Shown piece by piece: positions 28,475 through 40,000 of a stretch of 64,000 bases of DNA. Position 1 is the stretch's first letter. Each line of letters opens with the position of its first letter. The notes below the pieces were generated by a model. The model did no database searches. It was given only the letters and a program-made list of their open reading frames with translations, and had not been told where the DNA came from. The position numbers and the translations under genes are program-made. Origin of the DNA: an uncultured Microthrixaceae bacterium (GTDB taxonomy: Bacteria > Actinomycetota > Acidimicrobiia > Acidimicrobiales > DATDAH01); the NCBI GenBank assembly GCA_963725155.1, contig CAVRXU010000005.1, forward strand, positions 642,330 to 706,329. The letters are read 5' to 3'.

Positions 28475-29454
28475 CGGAGGTCGATGGGCCACTCATCGAC
28501 GACCTCGTCGCCGCGCACGAGGTGGAAGCGCTCATGAAGGGCGATGGTCGGGTCACAGTGGGCGGGGGTCACCCCGATGCGTTCACCGACGGTCGGTGTC
28601 CACCCCTCGTGGGGGATGAAGGCGATGTGCTCGTCGGAGCAGTAGAGGACATCGGCGCCGTCGACGGTGGGGTCGCCGTGGTCCATGGCCAATGACTTGA
28701 TTCCGGCGTCGGCCACGGCGGCGCCGGGGCTGGTGGAGATCACCGTGGCGGCGACCGTGATCGCCTGGCGGAATGGGAGTCCCAGAGCCGTGTAGGCCGT
28801 GTCCATGACCAGGTAGCTGCCGGCCTGGAGCTCGGTGACGGTGTCGTTCAGGTCCCAGGAGCCGGTGCCGCCGCCGGAGACGACGTCGCCGCCGACCTGG
28901 TCGTGTGCCGTCCGCGCTCGGGCCATCGCCCCCTCGACGAGCTGCGCTCGGACGGCGCGATCGGCGTTGAGCACGGCGTGGGCCTCGTAGGCCATGACGC
29001 CGCGGACCGCGAGCCCGGCCCCTCGGGCCCGGTCGGCCAGACGACCGGCGTCGGCCGGGTCACAACCGCAGCGGAAGCCCACGTTGACGTCGATCAGGAC
29101 CTCGGACACACCCCCGCTCGCGGCCGCGTCCACCGTTTCCTCGGAGTCCACGGCCACCGTGATGCGGTGGCCGTCGTCCGCCAGGACGCCCAGTCGGGTG
29201 GCGTCGACGATCTCGTTGGCCAGCAGGAGGTCGGTCCCCAGCCCGGCGCCCGCCAGGCCCTCCATCTCCCGGATCGTGGCGCAGCAGAAGCTGGTGTGGC
29301 CGGCCACGGCCAGTTCGCGGGCGAGCGCGGTCGACTTGAAGCACTTGGCGTGGGGCCGCAGCGCCGTACCGGGCCAGCGGCCGGCCATGGTGTCGACGTT
29401 GTGCCCGAGCGCGTCGACGTCCAGCAGCAACGCCGGTGTGGGGAGCTCCGCCAC
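28465..29454 (-). CDS. Alanine-racemase-fold PLP enzyme (DSD1 / D-threonine aldolase-like)
   Basis: LPTPALLLD..., PLP-lysine context RPHAKCFKS, and a C-terminal beta domain. I prefer GTG 29454 (G-rich SD upstream). The track ORF extension to 29574 overlaps the divergent gene. Confidence 0.75.
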   Translation of the reverse strand: MAELPTPALLLDVDALGHNVDTMAGRWPGTALRPHAKCFKSTALARELAVAGHTSFCCATIREMEGLAGAGLGTDLLLANEIVDATRLGVLADDGHRITVAVDSEETVDAAASGGVSEVLIDVNVGFRCGCDPADAGRLADRARGAGLAVRGVMAYEAHAVLNADRAVRAQLVEGAMARARTAHDQVGGDVVSGGGTGSWDLNDTVTELQAGSYLVMDTAYTALGLPFRQAITVAATVISTSPGAAVADAGIKSLAMDHGDPTVDGADVLYCSDEHIAFIPHEGWTPTVGERIGVTPAHCDPTIALHERFHLVRGDEVVDEWPIDLRHW

Positions 29455-29485
29455 CTGCACCCCCTGCAACCTACGCTGCCGCGTC

Positions 29486-32400
29486 GTGGACGTAAGCCGG
29501 GTCGCGTCGGTGCTCGTCGTCGACCTCGTCGGCTCGACCGAACGCCTGGTCGCGCTCGGGGACGAGAAGGGCAACCGAGATCAGGTCGGGGTGCTCGCCG
29601 CGTTCTCCACCGCGATCACCGACGCCGGGGGCCGAGTGATCAAGGACATGGGCGACGGGGTGCTGGCGGTCTTCGACAGCGTGCGCCACGCCGTCGCCGC
29701 CGCGATCGAGTTGCAACGGGCGACCGCAGGCTTGCCGGCAGTGGGTGACCGCCCGGCCCAGGCTCGGGTCGGCGTCTCGGTGGGCGAGGTCGGCCTCCGA
29801 GGGGATGACCTCGTCGGGCTGCCGGTGGTCGAGGCCGCTCGACTCTGCAGCACCGCCTCCGCGGGCCAGGTCCTGGTCAGCGACGTCGTGGTGGTGCTCG
29901 GTCGCCTGGAGGTCCCGACGCAGTCGGTCGGATCGCTCGCGTTGAAGGGCCTCCCCGAGCCGGTCGCGGTTTCGGAGGTCCTCTGGGAGCCGCGGCTCAC
30001 CCCGTCCCCGGTCCCCGCCGGCCTCCTCGGCAACGGCCTGCCGTTCAGCGGTCGGCTGGAGCCCCTCACGCGTCTGCGCCAGGCCTGGGAGGCCGCCGGC
30101 GCCGGCGGTGGTGTCCTCGTGCTGGTCTCCGGCGAGCCGGGCGTCGGCAAGACCCGCCTGCTGGCGACGCTGGCGGAGGAGATCCAAGGCGACGGGGCGC
30201 TGGTCGTGTACGGGCGCTGTGATGAACTGTCCGCGCTCACGTACCAACCTTTCGTCGAGGCCGTACGCGGGCTGTTGGATGCCGCCGCGTTGGATCCGAT
30301 TCCGGAAGGCCTTCGCTGGCTCCTGCCCGAGTTGGCCTCGGGAGGCGACGGTGGTGGTGATCTGGGACGAGCCCAAGTCGAGCTCCTCGACGGGGTGGTT
30401 GCCGCGGTGCGGGGTGCTGCGACGGCCCAGCCGCTGCTGCTCGTCCTCGACGACCTGCACTGGGCCTCGGCGCCGACCCTGGCGGTGCTCCTCCACCTCC
30501 TGGGAGCGGTGGAGGACGTACCGGTCCTCGTGGCCGGTACCTACCGGGACACCGACGTCGATCGCCGGCATCCCCTGGGCGTGGCGTTGGCGGACATGCA
30601 TCGCTTCGACCCGGTCCGGGTCGCCCTGGCCGGCCTCGACGACGACGAGGTGGTCGAGTTCGTGCGGGCTGCGGCCGGCCACGAGCTCGAAGACGGCCGG
30701 GAGCTGGCCCGCGCGGTCCGCCAGGCGACCGGTGGCAACCCCTTCTTCATCGGTGAGCTCCTGGCCTGCCTGGTGGAGCAGGGGGCGCTCGAACAGAGCG
30801 ACGAGCGATGGCGCCTGGCTGGTGACCTGGCCGACCTCGGGCTGCCGGAAGGCATCCGCGACGTGCTCGGTCGGCGACTCTCCCAGCTCCCCGACGGAGC
30901 CGACGACGTCCTGGCCGTCGCCGCCGTGATCGGCCGGGCGTTCGACGCCCGCCTTCTCGACGAGGTCAGCGATCGAGGGATCGACGAGGTCCTTGACGCC
31001 GTGGAGGCCGCGGTCACGGCCCGGCTCGTGATCGAGGAGCCCGACCGGCCCGGCGCCTTCGCGTTTGCCCATGCACTGGTCAGACAGGTGCTCCTGGAGG
31101 AGCTCTCGCTCATGAAGCGGGCCCGAGTCCACGAGCGGGTCGGTGACGCCTTGGCCGCAGGGGCAGCCCGGGATCCGGTGCGGTTGCGTTCGGCGGCACT
31201 CCACCTCCTCGAGGCGGCGCCGTTCGACACCCTTCCCCGGGCCCTCGCCCTCGTCCGCCAGGCCGAGGAGGCCACGGTTCGCCCCGTTCCCGCGGAGACG
31301 TCGGCCATGGTCAGGGCCGTGAGCCGGGCCGTGCAGGACAGCGATCTGCCTCCGTCGGAGGACCTGGCCAGGGTGTTCGTCGACGGGGCGATCGCCGAGT
31401 TCATGTGCGGGAACCGCGATGCGGTGGCCCACTATGCGCAACGAGCCGTTGATGTCGCCCGGGCGGCCGGGGCCGACGCCGCCTTCGCCGCGGCCGTGGC
31501 CGTCGGCGGACAGGCGACCGGCTTCGGGCTGGACGTGCAGTTCCTCCCGCTGATCCCTGAGGCCTTGTCGCGGGTCGACGCCGACGCCCCCGAGCGACTG
31601 GCCCTCCTGGCGCAGGCTCACCTGGCGGCCTGCTTCTTCGCCGACGGGACGGATCCGGTCGCCCGCACGGAGGCGCTCGTGACCGAGCTGGAGTCGTCGC
31701 GCTCCCAGGGACCGGTCGTCGGGTTGACAGCCAACACCCGGGCGATGGCCTGGTGGATGGCGCCGTGGGGTTACCTGGCCGTCGCCGACCTGGACCGGCA
31801 GACGGAGCTGGTCGGCCGGGCGGTGCAGTACTCGACCGAGCTCGGCCGGGGCGGACCGGAGCACCTGGCCGGGGCGTACGCCGCGTTCCGGCGGGGGGAC
31901 CGGAAGGGCGTGGCTGATCACATCGTCGGCCTGGCCAACGGGGACGTCAGCCGGGACATCCCGCTCTACCTGGCCGCGGGGGCCCAGAACGAGGCCACGC
32001 TGGCGATGTTCGAAGGACGGCTCGAGGACGCCCCCGGGCTGATCGACCGGGTGGCGGAGGCCGTGCCCGGAGAGCCGATGTTCCTGGCCGGGGTGGCCTG
32101 CCAGCGAGCCTGGTTGGCTTACGTCGGCGGGCGGTTCGGAGACGCCGTGTCCGCCGGCGACGAGATGGCGGCGCTCCTGCCGTTCCCCCGCCTGGTCGCC
32201 GCGACCCGAGGATTGTTCGCCCATGCGGCGGGTGACGACGTGTCATCCCGGAGCTTCTTCGACCAGGCCTGGCTCGACGGCGTCGAGTCGATCGGTCGCG
32301 ACTGGTGCTGGGTCGGCACGGTCCACGCCCTCGGTGAGTTGGCGGCGGCGCTCGAGGATCGCGAGCGGGGGGCCGAGGTCGAGGAGGCGCTGCTGTCGTT

Positions 32401-32596
32401 CCGGGGCCAGTTCGTCATGGCGGCGTGCACGTACGTGTCGGGGTCGGTGGACGCCACCCTCGGTCGCCTGGCCCGACTCCGGGGTGACGAGGTCGAAGCC
32501 CGTCGTCGGTTGGAGGCCGCGCTCGACCTCGAAGAAGGATCCGGCGCCGTCCTGTTCGCCGAGCAGACGCGGCGGGAGCTCGCGACCGAGGGATAG
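29486..32596 (+). CDS. Class III cyclase-homology domain + STAND P-loop NTPase + TPR-like C-terminal region
   Basis: Cyclase segments: VLVVDLVGSTE, IKDMGDGVLAVF, GLPVVEAARL. Walker A LVSGEPGVGKTRL. Walker B LLLVLDDLHWA. A long helical C-terminus with no recognisable HTH. The first 164 codons of the track ORF are antisense to the neighbouring gene and were dropped. Confidence 0.8.
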   Translation: MDVSRVASVLVVDLVGSTERLVALGDEKGNRDQVGVLAAFSTAITDAGGRVIKDMGDGVLAVFDSVRHAVAAAIELQRATAGLPAVGDRPAQARVGVSVGEVGLRGDDLVGLPVVEAARLCSTASAGQVLVSDVVVVLGRLEVPTQSVGSLALKGLPEPVAVSEVLWEPRLTPSPVPAGLLGNGLPFSGRLEPLTRLRQAWEAAGAGGGVLVLVSGEPGVGKTRLLATLAEEIQGDGALVVYGRCDELSALTYQPFVEAVRGLLDAAALDPIPEGLRWLLPELASGGDGGGDLGRAQVELLDGVVAAVRGAATAQPLLLVLDDLHWASAPTLAVLLHLLGAVEDVPVLVAGTYRDTDVDRRHPLGVALADMHRFDPVRVALAGLDDDEVVEFVRAAAGHELEDGRELARAVRQATGGNPFFIGELLACLVEQGALEQSDERWRLAGDLADLGLPEGIRDVLGRRLSQLPDGADDVLAVAAVIGRAFDARLLDEVSDRGIDEVLDAVEAAVTARLVIEEPDRPGAFAFAHALVRQVLLEELSLMKRARVHERVGDALAAGAARDPVRLRSAALHLLEAAPFDTLPRALALVRQAEEATVRPVPAETSAMVRAVSRAVQDSDLPPSEDLARVFVDGAIAEFMCGNRDAVAHYAQRAVDVARAAGADAAFAAAVAVGGQATGFGLDVQFLPLIPEALSRVDADAPERLALLAQAHLAACFFADGTDPVARTEALVTELESSRSQGPVVGLTANTRAMAWWMAPWGYLAVADLDRQTELVGRAVQYSTELGRGGPEHLAGAYAAFRRGDRKGVADHIVGLANGDVSRDIPLYLAAGAQNEATLAMFEGRLEDAPGLIDRVAEAVPGEPMFLAGVACQRAWLAYVGGRFGDAVSAGDEMAALLPFPRLVAATRGLFAHAAGDDVSSRSFFDQAWLDGVESIGRDWCWVGTVHALGELAAALEDRERGAEVEEALLSFRGQFVMAACTYVSGSVDATLGRLARLRGDEVEARRRLEAALDLEEGSGAVLFAEQTRRELATEG

Positions 32597-32609
32597 CGCG
32601 GCCGCACGG

Positions 32610-32694
32610 TGCGGGCGAGAGGACTCGAACCTCCAAGGGGCAGGGCCCCACCGGGACCTAAACCCGGCGCGTCTTCCAGTTCCGCCACGCCCGC
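32610..32694 (-). tRNA. tRNA-Leu (anticodon TAG)
   Basis: The reverse strand folds by eye: acceptor GCGGGCG/CGCCCGC, anticodon stem CCGGG/CCCGG with loop TTTAGGT, long variable arm, GGTTCGAGTCC T-loop. CCA is not encoded. Confidence 0.9.
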
Positions 32695-32730
32695 GTGGCA
32701 ACCGACGGGCCAACGGTAGCCTCCGCCCCC

Positions 32731-33336
<606 letters not shown>

Positions 33337-33345
33337 TCCGGACGT

Positions 33346-33879
33346 TCAGCCCGAGACCGCCGGCACCGTCGTCGGCAACACGGTGGTCGGGGCCACCGTC
33401 GGCTCGGTCGCCGCGGTTGTGGGCGGGACCGGCAACACGGTGGTCACCGAGGCGGCGTTCATGGCGGCCAGGTCGATCCGGCACTTGTCCAGCGCATAGG
33501 CGCTGACCTTCGCCTGCGCGGCGGCGATCTCGTCCTCATCGATGTCCAGCTCGGCCAGTCGGTCGGCCGCCTCCGGGTCGGAGGGGTTGACGTCGTCGAG
33601 CACCTCGACCACCGCCGCGAACGTGTCGGCCAACAGGGCCATCTCGGTGGCGACGGCCTCGGGGGCCGCGTCGGCCAGGCGGTCCGTGGCCTGGCTGGTG
33701 TCCTCGCGGCTGACGGGCTGGAGCGGGTCGAAGATCGTGAGGTGCGCCTCCACCGCGGCGCGGAGCTCGGCGCAGAACTCGTCTCGGCTCCCGCTGGCAG
33801 AGGACCCACTGTCGTCCGAGCAGCCCGCTCCGGCGCCGACCACCAGGGTGAGGGCGAGCAGGAGCCGGAGACGCCACAT
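33346..33879 (-). CDS. Putative lipoprotein, hypothetical
   Basis: Signal peptide with lipobox (LLLALTLVVGAGAGC-SDD). Acidic helical body. Thr/Pro-rich C-terminal tail. Confidence 0.7.
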   Translation of the reverse strand: MWRLRLLLALTLVVGAGAGCSDDSGSSASGSRDEFCAELRAAVEAHLTIFDPLQPVSREDTSQATDRLADAAPEAVATEMALLADTFAAVVEVLDDVNPSDPEAADRLAELDIDEDEIAAAQAKVSAYALDKCRIDLAAMNAASVTTVLPVPPTTAATEPTVAPTTVLPTTVPAVSG

Positions 33880-33921
33880 CGGGCGAGTATCCCCGATCGG
33901 CCCCCGCCGAAGGTGTCACTC

Positions 33922-36900
33922 ATGGTGGGTACTGTCCGAGGCATGGCTCGGCTGGTCCTCACTCCGTTCGGCCGACCCGCGCTCGAGGCCCTGGCCGACG
34001 TGGTGGCCGAAGCCCAGGGCGACGATCCGCTGGCCCCGGTCACCGTGGTCGTGCCCTCCGCTCCGGCGTCGGTGTCGGTCCGCCGGGCGCTCGGCCGCCA
34101 CGCCGACACCGGCCTGGCCAACGTGCGCACGCTCGCCTTGCCCCAGCTGGCCGACCTCTTGGCCTCGCCCCTTGCGGCGGCGGGGGGTCGGTGCCCCCTG
34201 AGCCCGACGTGGAGCGCGGCGACGGTGCGGGCCGGCTTGGCCGACGCCCTTCCGCCGCTGTCGCGGGTCCCTGGGTCGGCGGCGGTGGAGGAGGCCCTCA
34301 CGCTCACGTTCGCCCGCCTCCGCGAAGCCAGCGACGCCGAGCTGCGGGCACTGGAGAAGCGCAGCGCCCGGGCCGCCGCGGTCATCGACCGCTTCGCGGA
34401 CCATCGCTCACGCCTGGCCGGCCACCTCGACCGCCACGATCTGCTCGTCTTGGCGGCCACGGCCGTCCGGGACGGCCGTACGGCGGTCGACGAGCTGGGC
34501 CCCGTGATCCTCCACCTGCCCCGCCGGCTGGGCCGCTCGGACCTCGCGCTCATGGAAGCCCTGGCTGCTCGGACCGAGGTGGTCGCAGTCCTGGGCGTCA
34601 CGGGCGACTCGGATGGGGACCGACCACTCCGGCGCCTGCTGGAGCAGCTGGAGCCCGTCCTCGGCCCCGCGCCGGCGCCCCCGGAGGTGCCCGACCCGGT
34701 CCCGGCCCGGATCGTCCTGGCCCCGGACCCGGATGAGGAGGCCCGAGAGGCCGTGCGCACGGTGCTGGCCCGCCTGGAGGCCGATCCCGTGGACCTCGAT
34801 CGCATCGCGATCGTCTCCCGGGTGGCCTCGCCCTACCGGTTGCTGCTCCACGAACATCTCGAGACGGCGGGTCTGCCCCACCACGCGGACCTGCCGTGGT
34901 CGGTCGCCCAGAGCACGCCGGGCCGGGTGCTCCTCGGCCTGCTGGACCTGCCCGAGCACGGGTACCGCCGAGCTGACGTCGCCCGGTGGCTGCGCTCGGG
35001 GCCCATCCAATGGCAGGGGCGACCGGTTCCCGCGTCTCGCTGGGACGCCGTCGCCCGCCGTTCTGGCGTCGTCCAGGGCCTCGACCAGTGGCATGACCGG
35101 CTGGACCAGCGTCGCGCGGAGCTGGCTGCCGCCGTCGAGGCCGGCTGGAGCGATGCCGAGTACGCCGAGTCCCGAACCCGCCAGGTCGACGAGCTGCAGG
35201 CCTTCGTCGCCGAGATCGCCGACCACCTCGGGGCGGGGCGCCGGTCCTGGTCGGCGTGGTCCGCCTGGTCACAGGAGGTCCTGGACCGCTACCTCGTGGG
35301 CGACGACACCGGGGACTGGGCCGAGGACGACCTCGCCGACCTGCGCGACGTCCGGGCCCGGGTCGCGGCCCTGGCCGAGCTGGACGCGGTCGACGGACCG
35401 TCCGAGGCCGGACGGTTCCGGCGGGTCCTGGCCGACGAGCTGGCCCGCTCACCCCGGCGGGTGGGCCGCCTCGGCCGGGGCGTGCAGGTCGGCGACCTCG
35501 AGAGCGTGTACGGGCTCGACCTCGACCTGGTCGTCGTGGTCGGCATGGCCGAGGGTTGGTACCCGCCGCGGCACCGGGACGACCCGCTGCTGCCGGATCA
35601 CGAGCTCAGTGACGCCGGCCTGGCCGATGCCCTCGGCCGACCCGATCGGTCCGACGAGCGGCGTGACCACCTGGCCGCGCGCGCCGCCGGGGCCGAGGTG
35701 GTCCTCATGGCCCCTCGCAGCGACCCCCGTGGTCAGCGTGAGCTCCAGCCCGCCCGCTGGCTGCTCGAAGAGCTCGCCGATCGCACCGGTCGGCCCGTCG
35801 GCGTCGGCGACGTCGCCGACCTCGAGGTCGGCTGGCTGGAGCGGCCGCGGTCCTTCGAGGAGTCGGTGCGGCGGGTGACCGTGCCCCTCGACGCGGGGGA
35901 GCGGGACCTGGCCGCCGTACTGGCGTCGACCGTGGCGGGGTCCCCGGAGTTGCACGACCATCCCGTCGTGACGGCCGACCCCCGCCTCGCCCGAGGCCTG
36001 GAGGCGGTCGCCGACCGGCGGGACCGCGCGTACGGGGAGTGGACGGGCCACATCGGTGTCCGGGACGAGCTGCGCATGGACGACGAGGCCTTGGCCTCGG
36101 CCACCCGCCTCGAGCGGTTCGCGCTGTGCCCGTTCCAGTACCTGTTGGGCAACGTCCTCGGGGTCCGGGCCCACGAGGACCCGGTGGACGAGGAGGGGAT
36201 CACGCCCCGCGACCGCGGCTCCCTCGTGCACCAGGTGCTGGAGGAGTTCTTCGCCGAGGCCCTCGACCGAGATCCCGAGGCGGGATGGACCGATGCCGAC
36301 CTCGAGCGCCTCCACGCCATCGTCGACCACGTGGGTGAGGCCTACCGGGCGCGGGGGATGACGGGCCGCGACCTCGGGTGGGAGCTCGAGTCCTCGGCGA
36401 TCCGCCGGTGGCTCGGCGCGGTGCTCGATCGCGATGCCGACGAGCGATCGGCCCGCCAAGCCCGTCCCGCCGCGGTCGAGCTCCTCTTCGGTGGTGACCA
36501 CGAGCACCCGGCGGCCGAGGTCGGCCTGCCCGACGGGCGGCGGCTGCGCTTCAAAGGGGCGATCGACAGGGTCGATCGGGAGGCCGACGGGTCGCTGCTG
36601 GTCATCGACTACAAGACCGGGCGAGGTGGCCCCTACCGCAATGTCGACGACGACCGCCTGGACCGCGGCAAGCGCCTGCAGCTGCCGATCTACGCCGATG
36701 CCGCCCGGCGGGCCCTTGGTCCCGCCGACGGGCCACCCCCGCCGGTGGAGGCCTACTACTGGTTCGTCGAGGAGGGTGGCAAGAAGGCTTGGCGCGGTGG
36801 CCCGGTCGACGAGGCGGTGCAGAACCGGTTCGAGGACGTCGTGGCCACGGTGGTCGACGGCATCGAGGGCGGCGACTTCCCCGCCAACCCCGGAGAAGAC

Positions 36901-37041
36901 GGGTTCTACGGGCCCAGCCACTGTGGCTACTGCGACTTCAACCGGGTGTGCCCGAGCAGTCGCGTCGACCTGTGGGAGGGCGTGCGCAAGGATGAGGCGC
37001 TGACCCGGTACGTCGAGCTGGCGCAGGGTGAGCTGCCGTGA
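33922..37041 (+). CDS. AddB-like helicase-nuclease subunit (PD-(D/E)XK nuclease with Fe-S cysteines; no Walker A seen)
   Basis: RecB-type nuclease motif GAIDRVDREADGSLLVIDYKTGR. Four Cys arranged C...CxxCx5C (FALCPFQ; HCGYCDFNRVC). 4-nt overlap with the UvrD-type partner. ATG 33943 is an alternative start. Confidence 0.8.
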   Translation: MVGTVRGMARLVLTPFGRPALEALADVVAEAQGDDPLAPVTVVVPSAPASVSVRRALGRHADTGLANVRTLALPQLADLLASPLAAAGGRCPLSPTWSAATVRAGLADALPPLSRVPGSAAVEEALTLTFARLREASDAELRALEKRSARAAAVIDRFADHRSRLAGHLDRHDLLVLAATAVRDGRTAVDELGPVILHLPRRLGRSDLALMEALAARTEVVAVLGVTGDSDGDRPLRRLLEQLEPVLGPAPAPPEVPDPVPARIVLAPDPDEEAREAVRTVLARLEADPVDLDRIAIVSRVASPYRLLLHEHLETAGLPHHADLPWSVAQSTPGRVLLGLLDLPEHGYRRADVARWLRSGPIQWQGRPVPASRWDAVARRSGVVQGLDQWHDRLDQRRAELAAAVEAGWSDAEYAESRTRQVDELQAFVAEIADHLGAGRRSWSAWSAWSQEVLDRYLVGDDTGDWAEDDLADLRDVRARVAALAELDAVDGPSEAGRFRRVLADELARSPRRVGRLGRGVQVGDLESVYGLDLDLVVVVGMAEGWYPPRHRDDPLLPDHELSDAGLADALGRPDRSDERRDHLAARAAGAEVVLMAPRSDPRGQRELQPARWLLEELADRTGRPVGVGDVADLEVGWLERPRSFEESVRRVTVPLDAGERDLAAVLASTVAGSPELHDHPVVTADPRLARGLEAVADRRDRAYGEWTGHIGVRDELRMDDEALASATRLERFALCPFQYLLGNVLGVRAHEDPVDEEGITPRDRGSLVHQVLEEFFAEALDRDPEAGWTDADLERLHAIVDHVGEAYRARGMTGRDLGWELESSAIRRWLGAVLDRDADERSARQARPAAVELLFGGDHEHPAAEVGLPDGRRLRFKGAIDRVDREADGSLLVIDYKTGRGGPYRNVDDDRLDRGKRLQLPIYADAARRALGPADGPPPPVEAYYWFVEEGGKKAWRGGPVDEAVQNRFEDVVATVVDGIEGGDFPANPGEDGFYGPSHCGYCDFNRVCPSSRVDLWEGVRKDEALTRYVELAQGELP

Positions 37042-40000
37042 CCACGGTCGACCTCCCCTCGGATCAGAAGGCGCGCGAGCGCATCCGTTGCGATCTCGAC
37101 CGGACGCTGTTCGTCGAAGCCGGCGCGGGCACGGGCAAGACCACGGCGCTGGTGGGGCGGGTCGCCGAGCTCGTCATCCGGGGCCGGGTCACGAACCCCC
37201 GCGACCTGGCCGCCATCACCTTCACGGAGGCCGCCGCCTCCGAGCTGCGGGACCGCGTGCGCGAGCAGCTGGAACGGGAGGCCGATCGCCTCGACCTCGA
37301 CGTCGACGCCCGGGCCCGGGTCCGAGCCGTACTGGCCGATGTGGACGAGATCACCATCACCACGCTCCACGGCTTCGCCAGCCGCCTGCTCGGGGAGTTC
37401 CCCCTGGAGGCAGGCCTGCCCCCGGGCTTCGAGGTGGAAGACGAGATCGACGCCTCGGTCCGGTTCGACCGCCGCTGGGTGGAGCTGGTCGACGACCTCC
37501 ACACGGACCCCCAGCTCCGCGAAGTACTCGGTCGGGCACTGGTCCTCGAGCTCCCATTGCGCCGGCTGAGCGAAGTGGCCCGGATCTTCGACGACAACTG
37601 GGACCGGCTGGGACCGCCTCGGGGAGCGACGGCCTTGAGCCCGGTCGACGTCTCGAGCGTGATGGCTCCGCTCGGTGAGGCCCTCGGTCACGTCGGCGCC
37701 TGCACCGACCCGGACGACAAGCTCTGTGAGCACCTGGAGAACCACGCGGGGCCGATCCACCGAGAGCTGGTCCTCTTGACCGAGGTCGGGGACCCCGAAG
37801 CGCTCCTCACCGCCTTGGTCCGCGCCGGGAAGCTGACCAGCTCGGGCGGCCGCAAGGACGTCTGGCACGGGGCCAAGCCGCTCATCGCGGAGGCCCTCGT
37901 CGTCGCGGAGGCGGCCCGGGTCGACCTGGTCCACACCCATCGCAGCGAGGTGCTCGGGATGCTGACCGACCGCCTCCGACGCTTCGCCCTGGAGGGCGCC
38001 GAGGACCGTCGGCGTCGAGGGCTGGTGTCGTACCACGACCTCCTCGTACGGGCCCGGGACCTGCTCCGGGCCGACGGCGAGGTCCGAGTCGCCCTGGCCC
38101 GTCGGTACCGGTACCTGCTCATCGACGAGTTCCAGGACACCGATCCCCTGCAGATCGAGATCGCCGCCCTCCTGGCGGCGGCCGACCCCAGGAGTGTTCC
38201 CGAGCGCTGGCAGGACGTCGCCGTCGTGGCGGGGAAGCTGTTCCTCGTCGGGGACCCGAAGCAGTCCATCTACCGCTTCCGGCGGGCCGACATCGCTCTC
38301 TACGCCCAGGCCGAGGACGCATTCGCCGCCGATCCGGTCCGGCTCACGGCCAACTTCCGGTCGGTGCCGGACGTGCTGTCGTGGGTGAACCAGGTCTTCG
38401 GCGAGCTCATCGCCGACGACGGCGACGCCCAACCGCCCTACGTCGACCTGGCCCCGCACCGGCGGGCGGTGGGCAGCCGACCGTCGGTCCTGGTGGTGGG
38501 CGGTCCGGTGGAGGACCGGTCCATCGGCGACATCCGCGACGACGAATCCGAGGAGCTGGCCGCCCTCATCCGCCGCATGCGGGCCGAGGGGTGGGAGGTG
38601 GGGCGGACGGACCGGGCACCGGTGCGCTACGACGACGTGGCCCTCCTCGTGCCCACCCGGACGCCCGTCGGCCAGCTGGAGCGGGCCCTGGAGAACGAGG
38701 GGATCCCGTATCGCATCGAGAGCCGCTCACTGGTGTTCCAGACCGACGAGGTGCGCGAGCTCCTCGCCCTGCTGGCGGCCGTCGACGACCCCGCCGACGA
38801 GGTCGCCCTCGTGACGGCCCTGCGATCGCCCGGCCTGGCCTGCTCGGATGCCGATCTGGCCGACTGGCGCCTCGCCAAGGGCCAGTGGCGCATCGACGGA
38901 ACCGTTCCCGAAGGCTTCGAGGAGCACCGGGTGGCGGTGGCCCTGCGCGAGATCGCTCGACTCCACGAGGTACGGGACTGGAAGCCGGTCAACGAACTGG
39001 TGGCCCAAGTGGTGCGAGAGCGCCGGTTCGTCGAGTTGACCCTGGCCCGTCGTCGGCCCCGGGACCATTGGCGGCGCTACCGCTTCCTGACCGATGCCGC
39101 CCGGGCCTTCGTCGAGGCGGGCGGGGCGTCCCTGGCCGAGTTCGTGGCCTGGGTGACGGCGCAGGCCGAAGGCGGGGCCGACCGCATCGAGAGCGTCGTC
39201 CGCGAGACCGACGACGATGCCGTGCGCATCATGACTGTGCACGGCTCGAAGGGCCTGGAGTTCCCCGTAGTGGTCCTGGCCGGCCTCAACGCCGACCGCG
39301 ATCCGCGCTCGCCCGTCGTCACCTGGGGCCGGGACCGGCCGGAGGTGCGGTTCGGCCGGAAGGACGACTACTTCGAGACGGCCGGCTACGTCGACGTCCG
39401 CGAGGCGGACAAGCGCTTCGAGGAGGCCGAGCAGCGCCGACTGCTCTATGTCGCAGCCACCCGGGCCCAGGACCACCTGGTGGTGAGCCTGCACCACAAG
39501 GCGGGCTACCCCAGTCATGCCGCGCTGCTCCACGACGTCTGTAAGCGCCCCGCCGACGCGGTCGCCCCGCCCGCCGACACCCAGCTGGCCCTGCGGCTCA
39601 CCCCGGATGCCGTCGCCCCGGACCGAGCCGTGGAGGGCCCGAGTGCGGCGGCGGACTGGCAACGGGCGCGGGGGGAGCTCCTGGCCCGGGTCCGGCCATC
39701 GGGAGTGGAGACACCGAGTGGCCTCGGCCACGAGGATCCGCCGCCCGTGCCCGAAGAGGACCGGCGCGTGCCCGGGCGGGGCGAAGGGGGCACGGCCCGT
39801 GGCCGGGCCGTGCACGCGGTGCTGCAGTCGGTCAGCCTGCCGGACGCGGTCGATCTGGACGACCTCGCCCGGCTCCAGGCGGCGGCGGAAGGTCTCGCCG
39901 ATCCGGGCGCGGTGGCGGACATCGCCCGGTCTGCGTTGGCGGCCTTGGTGGTCCGGCGAGCCATGGAGGCGCCCCGCTACTGGCGGGAGCTGGCCGTCCT

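Noticed and set aside
28994-29485. A 164-codon N-terminal extension of the cyclase-STAND ORF (the track ORF starts at 28994).
   Set aside because: The extension is Ser/Pro/Arg-rich and lies entirely antisense to the well-supported PLP enzyme gene. The cyclase-homology domain begins right after GTG 29486.
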